From Bugula neritina (taxonomy: Eukaryota > Animalia > Bryozoa), in assembly GCA_964035545.1 (NCBI GenBank), contig OZ037765.1, positions 27,527,504 through 27,591,503 on the forward strand: a DNA stretch of 64,000 bases, in the 5' to 3' direction. Below the pieces are notes generated by a model. It ran no database searches. It saw only the letters and a program-made list of their open reading frames with translations, and was not told where the DNA came from. Both the position numbers and the translations under genes were made by a program. Shown piece by piece: positions 38,291 through 51,300 of the stretch (the first letter of the stretch is position 1; the number at the start of each line of letters is the position of its first letter).

Positions 38291-41200
38291 TTATAATTAC
38301 CACTATCACTATGATTATAAAATTAAAAAAAATTATTTTAATAACAGGTTGAATTCAATTAAAAATTTCATAATTATAATAAATCAGTAACCGTAATTTT
38401 GTAAACTGTAAGTGTAGAAGTAGAAACAGCTTACAACAAATTCAAATTGAAAGGCAATGTTTATAGTTAATAAGTATTAGTATAAGTATAACTATCATTT
38501 TTGTAGTATAACAATAGTAAAGCTAAATCAGTAAATGTAATAGTTGTACTTATAGTTTAAATCTAAATTCAACAGTTTTGATAATCAATAAATCACAGAA
38601 TTAAACACTAATAGTAATATTTATTTAAAATCCAATATTATAATTTATTAATTAATATTATATTATAATTCTACTAGTATTTTTGTTTTAATATTTAAAA
38701 TTGTTATATGATTAATCACATGCTAATAGCAACACTAATAATTACCAAAGGCGAATAGTAATACGCCCCTTTATTTAATACTTGTCGATACCTGTCGATG
38801 TTATCTCCACACTGAACCTCCCTAGAGGAAAGAAGGGGTGTGCCGCATATAGAAAATAAGTTGTCAGTACTTGGGCAGTAATCTAAACAATGTTCACACC
38901 ATTGTGCAGATTAACTAGCCTGTCTGTGTGTAATTTACAGTTATGGACTGCTCTGGAAAAGTAATATCCATCAGTGCTGATCCTCATATCTCTTATCGTT
39001 CTTGGGAGAAAACTAGATCGACTCTGTACATCGCTTGTGGTTCGCTGATCCAAAAAATCATCATAGGCAGCACTCAGAGTTGGATGTTCTTTCTTAAACA
39101 ATATTTTCAGAAGGCTGATGCGTCGGTGTTTTCTTCTTAGATCAAGCGGGTCCAAATACAGCTTTTTCATTTCTACACTGTTATTAGTTTTTTTTTGTTA
39201 AGAGATAAAATGCACAGCATCTGTTTGTACATTCTCCGTCATATTTAAAAGGTTTTCGTTGGATGGGTTCGAGGCTGCGCTGGCATATTCCAAGTGTGGG
39301 AGACAGAGGGCTTTGTAGGCAATAAGCTTTGCTCTCTTGGGGGCCCAGTAGAGTGCACGTTTTATCATGCCTAATTGCTGTTTTGCAACAAGAACCTTCT
39401 TTAGGATGTGCTGGTCAAACTCACAGTCTGATTGCAGCTTTACACCAAGGTTTTTTGTTGAGTCAACATGATCCAACACTGATACAATAAGCTTGTATTG
39501 AGGAGTATCGATATTAAGATCGAAGCTGATTATCTTGCTCTTGGAGATGTTGGATGACATTCCCAATTTTCCGACTAAGTACTAAGAGAATCCAGGTTTT
39601 GTTGAAATCTCTTACAGTCTTCGAAAGAGGCAATTTCTTGATAAACGAGTGCATCATCGGCAAAGAGAGCACAAGAGCAGTTGTAACACTCAGGAAAATC
39701 ATTTATAAAGATTACGAAAAGTACCGGCCCTAACACTGATCCCTGTGGTACACCTGAGCAAACCAGCTTTAAATCCGAGCTGCAGTCTTGTAACACCGTT
39801 TGTTGCACTCTGTAAGAAATTTGTGAACCCAAAGTAGGAGATAATTGTCAACATCGGTAATTTTAGAAAGCTTTTGCAACAGAAGGGCATATGGGACCTG
39901 ATCAAATGCCTTGGTGAAGTCTAGCACAGCAGCATGGACAGTCTTTTGGTTGTAAATTGCATACAGAATGTCATACATAGTTGAACAGATCTGCGTCTCA
40001 CAGGAGAGGCCTCTTTTGCAACTATGCCGCCTGTTGCTAAGCTTTGTGTCAATCTGTTCGAGCAAATTTCTCAGGTCAGGGATATTGGACGGTAGTTATT
40101 GACACTGTCCGTAATCCCTCATTTGTGGAGTGGTGAGACATTAGCTGTTTTCCAATCTAACGAAAGCTGCTCAGTTTGAAGGGAGACTTGAAAAATCCTA
40201 CTTAAGCATGCAGCAGTAAGTTCAATATCTATGTTCAAATCAGCTTTCCGAAAACCATCAGGACCTGGAGCTTTGCCAAACTTCAAGTTTATTTGTCGAA
40301 CTACCCCCGAGGGAGATACATCGGGCACTTCATTGAATGCCCCGTAGCCGAGCATGGGTAGTTGATGAGATGTGGTAAATTGCTGGTAGAAGAAACTGTT
40401 AAGCATATTAGAACACTATTTTGGGTCTGATGTGAGATTACATCTGGCATAGCAAGCCTAATTCGATTACAGGATGTAGTGGAGCCCTTCAAATATTTGT
40501 AAAAGGGTTTACTGTTGCCCTCTAAAAGTGGCTTACAAACCCGAGATTCAATAATATACTGTTTTTTTAGTCTTTTGAAAGCTTTTTAGAGACTCTGCAG
40601 TGAGAAGCAGCTGCTTGTCAATGAAAGTCATTTCCGGGCTCCTCAAACCTGTTGTATAGTTTCCTTTGCTTAGATGCTAGTTTCCGCACTTCATTAGTAA
40701 AATACACAAGCTCATGTATATTAAGCTTGATCTCTCGTTTCAAGGTAGGCAAACAATCAAAAATAGCTCAGCGGAGGTTTTTAAAAAATAATACCCACAT
40801 AATGTCAACATCATTCATAACTGCAAGCTCATCCGCTACCAGACTGAGTACATCGCGGAAGAGAACGACATCAGCCTTGTGGTACTGTTCAACTTTTGTT
40901 ATCCTATTTGTATGCTCCGAACTACTTTTGATGGGTATGTCAACCAGAATCAGTGCATGATCACTCAATTCTGGAAAAATGACCTCATGATGGAGGGATT
41001 GTGGGGATGTGGTACACACGAGATTCAGAGTATTGCCATGAAAAGGTGTTGGCTAAGTTACCAATTGGTACACATTATGCTCAGCTAGAACATCTAAAAA
41101 CTCTTTCTGAAGTGACTGGTCTTGTGTTTGAGGTTTTGGTAGCATTTGATGCCAATCGATGCCCAGCATGTTCATATCTCCTACAAGAATGAGGCTGTTC

Positions 41201-41467
41201 TGAGGGAACTTTTCAGCAATAGTATGCAGTGATGATCGTACTGTTGATAAGTTTTTATGATTAGGTGGACAAAATAGCAGCCAATAACATACCCCTTAAC
41301 TCTGACAAATAGTAGTTCAGTGTCATCATTGTTTGGCACACTAATAATGGAGCTATTCAAGCTGTCATTTACTGCAATTAACACACCTTCAATATGAATA
41401 GTTCTACATTTTCTGTAAATTGATTTGTTATCAGTCATAAAACTGGTGGTTCGGTATGGTGTTATAA

Positions 41468-41767
41468 CCCCTATTCACACTTACCGTATCGTACGCCGTA
41501 ACAGCAAATATCAGCCATTTTTACAAATGTCTGAGCTTCCTGTGCGGCGTTGCGGTACGGTAGGATCAAACACTGCTTGATTCAAATAAGTTGCGGCGGA
41601 CTCCTATTGGACAGAAAAACTTTTGCATTAATTCATTGGATATAATTGTCCAATGAAGTGTCATAGATCGTACCTAATAGCGGACTTTGAAAACTTCAGC
41701 CCGGACACATTAAAAATGGCTGATATTTTACGTTACGACGTACATTACAGTAAGTGTGAATGAGGGG
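41468..41767. mobile_element. Harbinger-like MITE, copy 1, within the LINE
   Basis: TIR cccctattcacacttac / gtaagtgtgaatgagggg; flanks TAA/AAA. Confidence 0.8.
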
Positions 41768-41826
41768 AAAGTGTTAAGCAAACTATATCATAATCATATG
41801 TTTCAACGGACAATTGCTCTGTTTTA

Positions 41827-42127
41827 CCCCCTATTCACACTTACCGTATCGTACGCCGTAGCAGCAAATATCAGCCATTTTTAATGCGTCCGGGCTGAAG
41901 TTTTCAAAGTCCGCTATTAGGTACGATCTATGACACTTCATTGGACAATTATATCCAATGAATTAATGCAAAAGTTTTTCTGTCCAATAGGAGTCCGCCG
42001 CAACTTATTTGAATCAAGCAGTGCTTGATCCTACCGTACCTCAACACTGTACAGAAAGCTCAGACATTTGTAAAAATGGTTAATATTTGCTTTTACGGCG
42101 TACGATACGGTAAGTGTGAATAAGGGG
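41827..42127. mobile_element. Harbinger-like MITE, copy 2, opposite orientation
   Basis: Same family; TSD TTA; interior is the reverse complement of copy 1. Confidence 0.85.
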
Positions 42128-43486
42128 TTACCTTCAAGAGATCTTATGTTAGCTAAAAATAGTTTTATACTGTGGTCTGTGCGGTTTTTGATGCTAGGTT
42201 CACATACCTCCATTCCCCCCTCTATTCCTTTACTTTCGATTCTGTTCTTCCTAAGGCTTATACTTCAGTTATTCTAAAGTTAAGATCTGGTTTCTCGTCT
42301 TCCATCTCTTGACTCTTCTATAGCTTGTACTGCTCCTCTCAATTCCTTGCTTTCATCAAGTTTACAGAAGATATTTTGATTTTTAAGGGAAGCATTTGCT
42401 CCCTTCAAGAACTCCCACTTGCCATTGGTGACTTCATCTTCAAACTTTAGTTTTATTGACCAGTATCAATATGACTTATGAGTTATGAGTATGAATATAA
42501 ATATATATTTTAAGTTATGATCACATTCAAAATAAATTTTAATTTGAAATCCAGATTAAAATTGAAACTGTGACAAATAAATATGTTATTGTTAACCAGT
42601 AAATAAGTTGAGTTATTTTTTACTCTTTCAGCCTTTGCGCTAATCTAAGACTAAGGAGTAAACTTGGAGACTTTAGACTTTAGAGTTTAGACTTTAGAGA
42701 TTATCAGTATGGGGATCACGTGCATTTCCGTAGTCGATTATTTCTCAAGTTGTCGTATGTCGAATTCCGGAGGCTTAAGAAGTACAGCCGTAAATTTTCA
42801 GTATTGTGAATAATGTAAAATTATAAGCGCAATTTATATAGAAAACCACTTGAAACAGCACCTAATGCAGTACGTTTGCACAACGGTGTCTATACAAACT
42901 TTACACTCTATCACTCTCAACTTGGTGCTGTTTCTAGCGATTCTTAAAAAATAATTTATAGAGTCTAGTGACTATGCAGTCGTGCAGATATCCAATCATT
43001 CCAATGTGAATGTATATTTGCTTCTAGAAAAATGTGAAAAATTTCATTAAAATTTAGTTGGAAGAAGTGCTTAGAAGTTATATATAACTTAAGAATTACA
43101 CTTCTGCAGTACACTTTAACTTAGCGATCATAGTGATAGTTATATTACTGGCAGTGATTTTAAATAGTATAGAGGTGTCATCCCAGATAGACGATAGGCT
43201 AATTTCCCACTTAGACGCTCCCCAGTTAAACGTTATTTATTTATATTGGTACAATATATATTGTATGTGCATTTTATTAGAATATTATTTAAATATATAT
43301 TTCTGTTTAAATAAAGCACATATTGAGCACATAAATAAATATCTTTGATCTGCATGAACATATTAATTTTACATATTTTTTGTTTCTTGTTTCAACAGAT
43401 ATTTTGTTAATGAGCATTCATTAATTAAAGATAATGTTTATTATTAATATATTGTTGTAGTTTTGAGAATTACTACTACTTGTGAG

Positions 43487-45300
43487 CAGGGATGTAGTGG
43501 TACCCATACGGTCCCATACGCCGTATGGCCTAGAAGAAATTAGACTGTTCTAGGCCATACGCCCGTATGGGCATAATTATTTTTGAAAGATGATTAGTAC
43601 ACAGGATAGTTTGGGCATCCTCACTGAGAATATCATAAATTTCGCTCACAATCTAATTTAAGTTGTTGTTATGTTAATGCTATGTGGGTGGCATGCGTGT
43701 TGCCTACTTGTGATGGTTTAGCCTGAGATTACACTGGGAATAATAAGCAGCTATCAACATTCCATCTTCTTATCACTACGTGTTCACTGAAGCGCGAAGT
43801 GCTGTGCATTGGTGATTACTAAGGAGAAAATCTTTCATTTTCGGTGTATAAATCACTAACTTGTAGAAAATCTATGAAGGCTATTGAAAAGATCAAAAAA
43901 TTTGCCATACATAAATTTCTCAGGTTTCTGACAGTGTTTGTTCTATTTGAATACCATGCTTTCCTGCTGAGATATTTGGCAGGGATTGAAAAATAAACTT
44001 TTCAGCTAAAATTGGCCAAAAATGGGTAGATTTTTGTTTATAACTTTGCAAAAAAATATTGAAATCTCAAAAAGGCAGGTGCTCTGAGGAACAGGAAGCT
44101 CTAAAACCTGGTTTTTAAATTTTAATTCTAGCACAATTAAGTGAGGTTTTATTTGGCTGGACTGAATTCTTATAATATACCAATACCGTGGCTTCAGCAA
44201 GGCAGTGACAGCTAGAAGGTTGCCCTTATCTATCTTATGTGGACTTGCATTTTGTCGATAAGCAATGGAATTTGGAAAAAACCTACATGAAATCCAGAAA
44301 TAAAATCAAATTGTATTCAAGAAACAGTACCAGGTGTGTAGGAGAGGCTAATGAAAATTTATCACTGAGGTCTACAGGTACTATATCCACATTTTGGTCA
44401 AAAACCTAGCGTTATTGCATGTTAATTATCAATGCAATAAGGTTTTGCAAACTGTACACTACTATAAGTAACCTTTTATGTTTGATAGTACCAATGTCTG
44501 GCTTTACATTTAATCATCTTCTAGGTTAACACATATTAAACCTGTAAAATCTCTTCTTTTGGGGTATATTTCCTTGATGTATCTAGTGGAAGCTCAGGGG
44601 TTTTATTTTAAAACCAAGTTAACATACTCTTCTTGGGTGTGCGTTATTGTGTGTAAGGAGGTGTGGCGGTATCACCTTATGGATTAGACTAGTACCCTAT
44701 GAAACTCCAAACAGGTTTTCAACCAATTTCTGCTTGCCAATGAGTTATCAATTCAAATTCTTCTTTATAAATAACCAACACACATCTTTTGATTAGCAAT
44801 CTTCCTTTGTTCTGATCTATTATTCTTTTTTTGTGCAGTGTATTAGTGTGCAGTGTATTAGTTATTTGAAGTAATCAGGTTGCATTTGGAGAGCACTTGT
44901 TACCTGCCTCTATCCTTCCATCTTTTTGAGATATTTAGCAATTTTTCTGTACGGGTTGGACTTAGTGTCAGAACAAACTTAACTGCAGTTGAGTAAGACT
45001 ACATCACATTACAGTCAACAGGTATGGGACAATACTGAATATTTATATAGTTTGCAGCAATGCCCAGTCGTCATATAGCTGGTATGGTATGAAAATAATA
45101 GCGAGGTGCACATTTCAACACAGATTTTTTTCAGAAGAATTATAATTCACAATGGCTTTAAATTGCATAAATTTGCATCAGAAGTGCTCTGAAAGCTTCG
45201 GCGGCAGGGGCGCTGCCCCGAACCCCGCCGGGGGCCTGGGCGGCCCCTTGGACCCCGGCCTCAGAGTATGGCCTAGAATATTTTTGCCACTACATCCCTG
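43487..45300. mobile_element. Non-autonomous hAT-type DNA transposon
   Basis: TIR cagggatgtagtgg / ccactacatccctg; perfect 8-bp TSD CTTGTGAG; sub-terminal ccatac/gtatgg motifs. Confidence 0.9.
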
Positions 45301-45429
45301 CTTGTGAGTCTTGTTGTGTGTGATAGATTACTGCATCGTTTGTGAGCTCATAGCAGAAACCGAACGAGTTGATTATATACTGTTGTGAAACTGTGCATTC
45401 ACTCATTTCTTGGCAGAACTGCCAAGTTA

Positions 45430-45772
45430 GCCTAGGGCCACACGGTGCGTATTTTCGCATGCGAAAATTGAAATCACAAGTAGCAAAGGTGTCCACTGTG
45501 CGCGTTGAGAAAACCTTCGCACTTGTCGCTCAGCATTTTCAACGCAAGTGTGAATCGTCTCTGTCGTCGTCACCTAATTGGCTGGTAGTTATTCAGCGAG
45601 CCCAATTTCTTTATTTAGTGCTACATTCCAGTAAATTGCGTTTAATTGAAAGCGAGTGCGATTTAAAAATGAAAGCTTTATTTATCACGCATCACTGACG
45701 CTACAGTGGACACCTTTGCTACTTGTGATTTCAATTTTCGCATGCGAAAATACGCACCGTGTGGCCCTAGGC
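45430..45772. mobile_element. Young Harbinger-type MITE
   Basis: About 68-bp perfect TIR gcctagggccacacggtgcg...; TSD TTA. Confidence 0.9.
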
Positions 45773-47232
45773 TTAAAGTAGATTATTATGCGTTTATTTA
45801 ATGCAAAGGTACACGGGTAAAACTATACAGCAACTATAAACACGTTACATAATTACATACAGAGCGTACATAACTTCACCCTAACTACTCCACTGCCTGA
45901 CTGCCGGCTATCTAAGCGCGATAGCTATCAACTAATTAACTAGTCCTGCCTTTGTTCACAGCGTACGTTGGTAGCGTAGTAAGTACTGTCAAGCCGAGCA
46001 TAGGAGAGACGCTACGCTTTACAATAATAGAGTAGTAGCAGGAGAGTTATCCTTTCGATAATAAGATAACTCCTACACAAAATCCGTACCCTGCTCCGAC
46101 CTATCGAAAGGCACACTCCCTGCTATTAATTATCAAGACCAAACAAAGAGACAAAAATAAAAAAAAATACTTGCAAGATAAAAACAAAACAATTACAGTA
46201 CGAGTAATACAATAATAATCTGAGTTATTTACATCGAGTAACGCCCGCCACCGAATTAAAGTATAACATAATGTCACAGAGGGAGAACTAGCTAGTATGA
46301 AGAACACGAGAACAACAAATATAGAGTTCGACCCCAGTTACTTGCGTAGTCGATTCTCTAGTCGTTCCTGTAGTTTGTTTAACTCCGCAGCCGCCCTCTT
46401 CTTTTTCTTGCATAGGCGAGCCATACGCTTCTGCAACTTCAGCACGTCGCCCAGTATGGACTCATCTACCAGGGCCTCAGATGCCATCGTGCTATAGGCT
46501 CTCTTCCTCCTTTTCCTCCAAGTACTGGGTGAAAGGAATGTGGTCGTCGCTGGCGGCTGGGGAGTCTCTTCCACTGTCCGTCCGGGTTACCAGTACCCTG
46601 AAGGGGCGTGTGGGTATGTCGTCTGGTGGAAGAGTAGTTGATTCAGTATTGTTTTAATTTTCAGATTAGGGTTGATATGTTATCCAGAGAGTCTATTTAT
46701 CTAGTATAGAACTGCACCAGGCTAAGTCGAGTGAACGAGTATATTTTATTCACAACTATACATCATAAAAACACGATACATTATTTCTAACAAGTTACAC
46801 ATCTAATCTATTTCACACTCTAGCTTCGACTGAGTTAGCAGCGGGAAACTACAATTGCTGCTAACTATCAACTACGCTAATTGGCTATCCATTGTTCCGG
46901 GTCAATTACGCGACCCTACATGTTGTGCTGCTGGTAGTTCCACGAACCACCACACCGCCCCCACCAGCAGAAAGCCATCTTTCTGATATATATAAAAAAA
47001 ACATTCAATAGTAATTGCATACATCAGTGGACAAAAATAATACATAATATACAGGAAGAGACATAATAATACACAGAGTCGTTATAACGATCCGTTGCAT
47101 ACAATTGGCCAGCTGTAGATAGACGAGGAATACTAGCTAGCTGTGGTATTAGACAAGGAATAACCTGTCTAGCAGTTAAGCATTTGCACGAGTTTGGTTC
47201 TTCACCAAATGTGGAGTATTCTGGGTAGCATA

Positions 47233-48309
47233 CTAGAGTCCTTGTTGGGCACGCCGGTGCTTGGCTTGGCATGTACGCAGTTTCCGTTTCATACGGCATA
47301 CGGATCCCTTCAACTGGAAGAGTCCTGTGGTAGTGTTGAGTAGATCTGGCGCCAGCTGGGTGAACTCTTCTTGTAATCGTAGGAGGCGTTCTTCTACTGT
47401 AGCTAGTCGTACTGGGTCTGGGGACGGTGTCCGTCTGCGGCGTAATGGTGGACTGGGGGACCTGGTCCGTCTCTTCGCCGGGGTAGGGGAGATCTCTCCT
47501 TCTTCTGGATATGTAGTTTCCTCGGGGGTGTAGGTAATTGGAGGGCGGTCAGACACCAACGGGGATTGTTGGCGGGCGTTGTCTAACACACTTTGGAACC
47601 CCGAGGACAGAACGGCTAGCAGCATGGCCTTCTTTACCAGAGGTCGTATATATGTGAGGAACTCCGGGTACAGCTTAGCGTCGACCACATAGTTTTCTCC
47701 AGGGAAACAGCCCGCCGCTCTGTGTCTGGTGACGGGGTAGGGATACACATCATTGTACCCGCAGGGGCAGAAGGTCAGTAGGAGATGAGCATTGACGTGT
47801 AGTTTAAGGGAGCGGTGAGAGGCGCAATCTTCACCACAGATCTGGCATCTCGTCCGTCCTCTGGACCCCCAGGCTGTTTCTATTTCTTCTTCGGTTTGTG
47901 GAGACACCCACCGCCAACGGCGGCGTAGTGGCTCAGGCCGGTCACCACTAGCATAGTCCTCCGGATACGGAGCGGGAAGTGTTCTATCCCGTACCCTGGT
48001 TGTAGCGGGTCGAGTGTAATCTGAAAAAGTTTCAACAGTGTTAGTACATTACACTGCTGTGTTGTCAGCTTGAACAGCTTGGCAACTCCTAATTCAGTTA
48101 CCTCGTAGAGATTAATGATAGTGAATAGTCAGATAGAACTGTATTGCAATGAGATTATAAAAATCTCTAAGTCAAACTGAGTTCTTACTACGGTATTTCA
48201 CTAACCTATCTCCAGCTCGATTGACTCAGTGAGTCAGAGCTGAGCGATGCAATCTAGTTTCGTATTAAGATATAGTTAACTCACCCCACGATCTGTTGTC
48301 GTAAGACAT
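47233..48309 (-). CDS. Spliced accessory gene: C2H2 plus C2HC zinc fingers, RS/SP basic tract, coiled coil (about 270 aa)
   Basis: Exon 1 48309-48285 (MSYDNRSW G|gtgagt); 264-nt intron with TACTAAC and tttttcag; exon 2 48020-47233 in frame. Confidence 0.8.
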
Positions 48310-48333
48310 ACTGAATATGTGAAATGGTTTGAA

Positions 48334-51300
48334 CTACTGCTTAGAAACACGTCTACTCTTGACTGCATCAGCGTATGAAAAGATCGAGCAACGTGGTTGG
48401 GGTGCGTGATTAAGACTTTGTGCACCCGGCGGATGAATTTTGTTCCTACTTCCGCCGATACAAAAGTTGATATTTCCGTGGTGTTGACAACTCCCACATT
48501 TGCTCGATTCTTTTCTCGTACGGTTTTCCCCTAGACTTTCATGCGTGCCGCTTTTAACGCAGTCGCATACGAAGTCCTTCAAGTATGCGGGGGGTTGCCT
48601 CGTACGCTGTCCCCTTTCTAGGGGGGGTGACACGCTTGCCGGTTCGTTAGTAGGGGCCTCTACTGGCGTCTCTACTTCACCGTCAGCAGTCACCTCTTCT
48701 TGTTCTCCGGATGGAGCCCCTCCCTCTGTGGGGGTTTGCACTTCCGGAACCGGCTCGGTTTCTGGAAGTGGTGGAATTAGACTTGGCGGTGGCGGACACG
48801 CTTCTGTTGCCAGAAGCTGCCGCTCCTCTCTCACCAAGTTTTCTTCCCGCGGTATGACCACTTCGTATTCAGGTCCATGCCGCCGTCGCCCGCGCGTTGT
48901 TGTCTGCCTCCTGGGCTCTAACAACGGGGGGGCTTCTCCCACTCCGCCGGGGCTAGCCCAATACGGTTTCAAGCGAGACTCATTCTGGATAGACACCTGT
49001 CCTGAGCGCTCAATCTTGTACGTATGATTGGGCATAGCCTCGACGACCACGTAGGGGCCTACAAACTTAGGCTTCAGCTTATCAGCCTGTCCGCGGCGCC
49101 TACGGTAATTGACCATCCACACCTTATCTCCTCTTTGATAGAGGGGTGGTTCATCGGAATCTTCGTGCCGCACCTTCCACTGCTGTTGACGCAGTATCTC
49201 GTGTGCGGCCTTCATCCGTTCCACTAGTTCACTGGCATACTCGTGGACTGAGTTATCTTGCTCTGGAACGTGATAGGTGAGATGGTCAGGGACACGAGTC
49301 TCTCTCCCGAGCATCAAGAGGTTTGGGGTCTCACCAGTACTGGTGTGTGGGGTGCTACGGTATGCACGCATGACTTGTGGCAACACCGTATCCCATTCCT
49401 CTTGACCTCGTCCAAGGAGGAGACTCCGGAGCGCATCACCTAACATCCGGTTGTTGCGCTCCACCACCCCGTTACCTTGAGGGTGGTAGGGGGTGGTCCT
49501 GCTCTGATTTACTCCCCAGAGGTGGCAAAGGTCGCTCATCAGTTGAGACTGGAATTGAGCGCCTTGATCAGAGTGTATCTGTTCGGGAAGCCCAAAATAA
49601 CAGAATACGTGTTGGTCTAGTGCCCTGGCCACTGTTGGGGCTGATGCATCTGGGATAGCCAGAGCATCCGCCCACCTAGTAAAGTGGTCGGTTAATACTA
49701 GGATCCAATTATTGCCTCTGGGGGTCAGGGGCATGGGTCCGACCAGGTCTACAGCGACTACTTGCCAGGGCCTACCAGCATATAGCCTCCGCCGTCCTGC
49801 TTCACCAGGGGGGCGGCTATGCTTACTGGCCTGGCAGATCTCACACTGTTTGACTCTGAGCCGGACGTCACGCTCCATCTGCGGCCAATACCACCGGAGT
49901 CGTAATTTGGACATCACTCGCTTGACCCCTGCGTGGGCCTGCTTGTGAGTATCCCAAATCAACTCACGGCGGATGGCTGTGGGGCAGACTACCCTCTTCC
50001 TTTCCGGGTGTCTGCCGCTGGCAGCTAGAGAGATGGTTAGCAACCCATCCTGCCCGATCCGCAGCGAGTCCCAACGCTGACAGTATAGCCGGAATTCGGC
50101 GCATCCCTGTCTTATGCGTTCCTCGCTGGGTCGTCGCCCTTCCCTTTTGGCCCGGTAGATGTCTGCCACGACTCCAGGCAGCTCTTCTTGGAGCTTCTTC
50201 AGCTCTCGAACATTACCGGCCAGTACAGGGTTGGCGCGGAGGTTTTGTATATCCTCCGGGGCCTCATCAACTCTTTGCCTGAGTTGACCTTGATCCCAGT
50301 CAAACGGTGCTCCGTGATGAGCCAGCGTCTCCAACTCGCATCGAGGGGGACCTCCATCCCTCCTCTCGATGTTGAGACACTGTTTGCAACCTCCGTCAGG
50401 TCGGCGGCTCAACCCATCCGCATTGCTGTGTCTCTTGCCCGGTCGATGTTCGATCCGGTATGAGAATTCAGCTAGGATTTCGAGCCACCGGGCGACCTGA
50501 CTAGAGGGCTCTGCTCTCCTGCACAACCAGATCAGCGAGGCATGATCCGTACGCAGCCGGAACTTCCTGCCATATAGGTATGGTCTGAAGTGCTTCACTG
50601 ACTTGATTACTGCCAGCAGTTCCTTGCGGGTAGTGCAGTAATTTCGTTCAGCGGGGGAGAGAGACTTGCTGTAGTAGGCTACTACCACTTCTCGGCCTTC
50701 CTGCACTTGCGACAGCACAGCGCCAACATTCTGGTCACTGGCGTCTGTGTCTAGGATGTACTCCAGAGTGGGGTCTGGGTAGGCCAAGATGGGCGCCGTT
50801 AGGAGGCAGCCCTTGAGGCGGTCGAACGCGTCTTGTTCGACTGGAGTCCACTGCCACGTCACTCCCTTTGCGGTAAGCCGGTTTAACGGCTGGGCTATGC
50901 CCGCAAAGTCTGGTATGTATTGCCTGTAATACCCTACCAGCCCCAAGAAAGCCCGGAGTCCGGTCAAGTCTTGAGGGGTGACCCAGTCTTCTACTGCCCG
51001 TACCTTTTCGGGATCCGTTGCCACGCCGTTTCGACCGACAACGTGCCCCAGGTACTTGACCTCCGGCTGCAACAGAGCGCACTTGGAAGGTTTGAGCTTA
51101 AGACCGGCACCTCGGAGTCTCTCGAAAACCTCCTGCAGACGACTGACATGTGTCTCGAAGTCTGGAGAGATTACGATGACATCATCGAGGTAGACCAGCA
51201 GTGTCTTCCAATGGAGTCCGCTAAGGACTTGTTCCATCAGCCTCTGGAAGGTGGCTGGGGCGGAGGTTAACCCGAAGGGCAGCACCTTCCACTTCCACAA

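Larger units (their letters stand above)
38760..42460 (-). mobile_element. Decayed non-LTR retrotransposon (LINE, CR1/L2-group-like), APE endonuclease plus RT
   Basis: Fragments LFLANIRSL, YDIVCLT, SDHALI, KAPGPDG, DWKTANVSPLHK, LDFTKAFDQV, GVPQGSVLGP, LFADD, PHLEYAS in collinear order with many stops and frameshifts; boundaries approximate. Confidence 0.88.

Noticed and set aside
47233-47907. Third ORF as env
   Set aside because: No signal peptide or clear TM anchor; has zinc fingers and a basic tract instead
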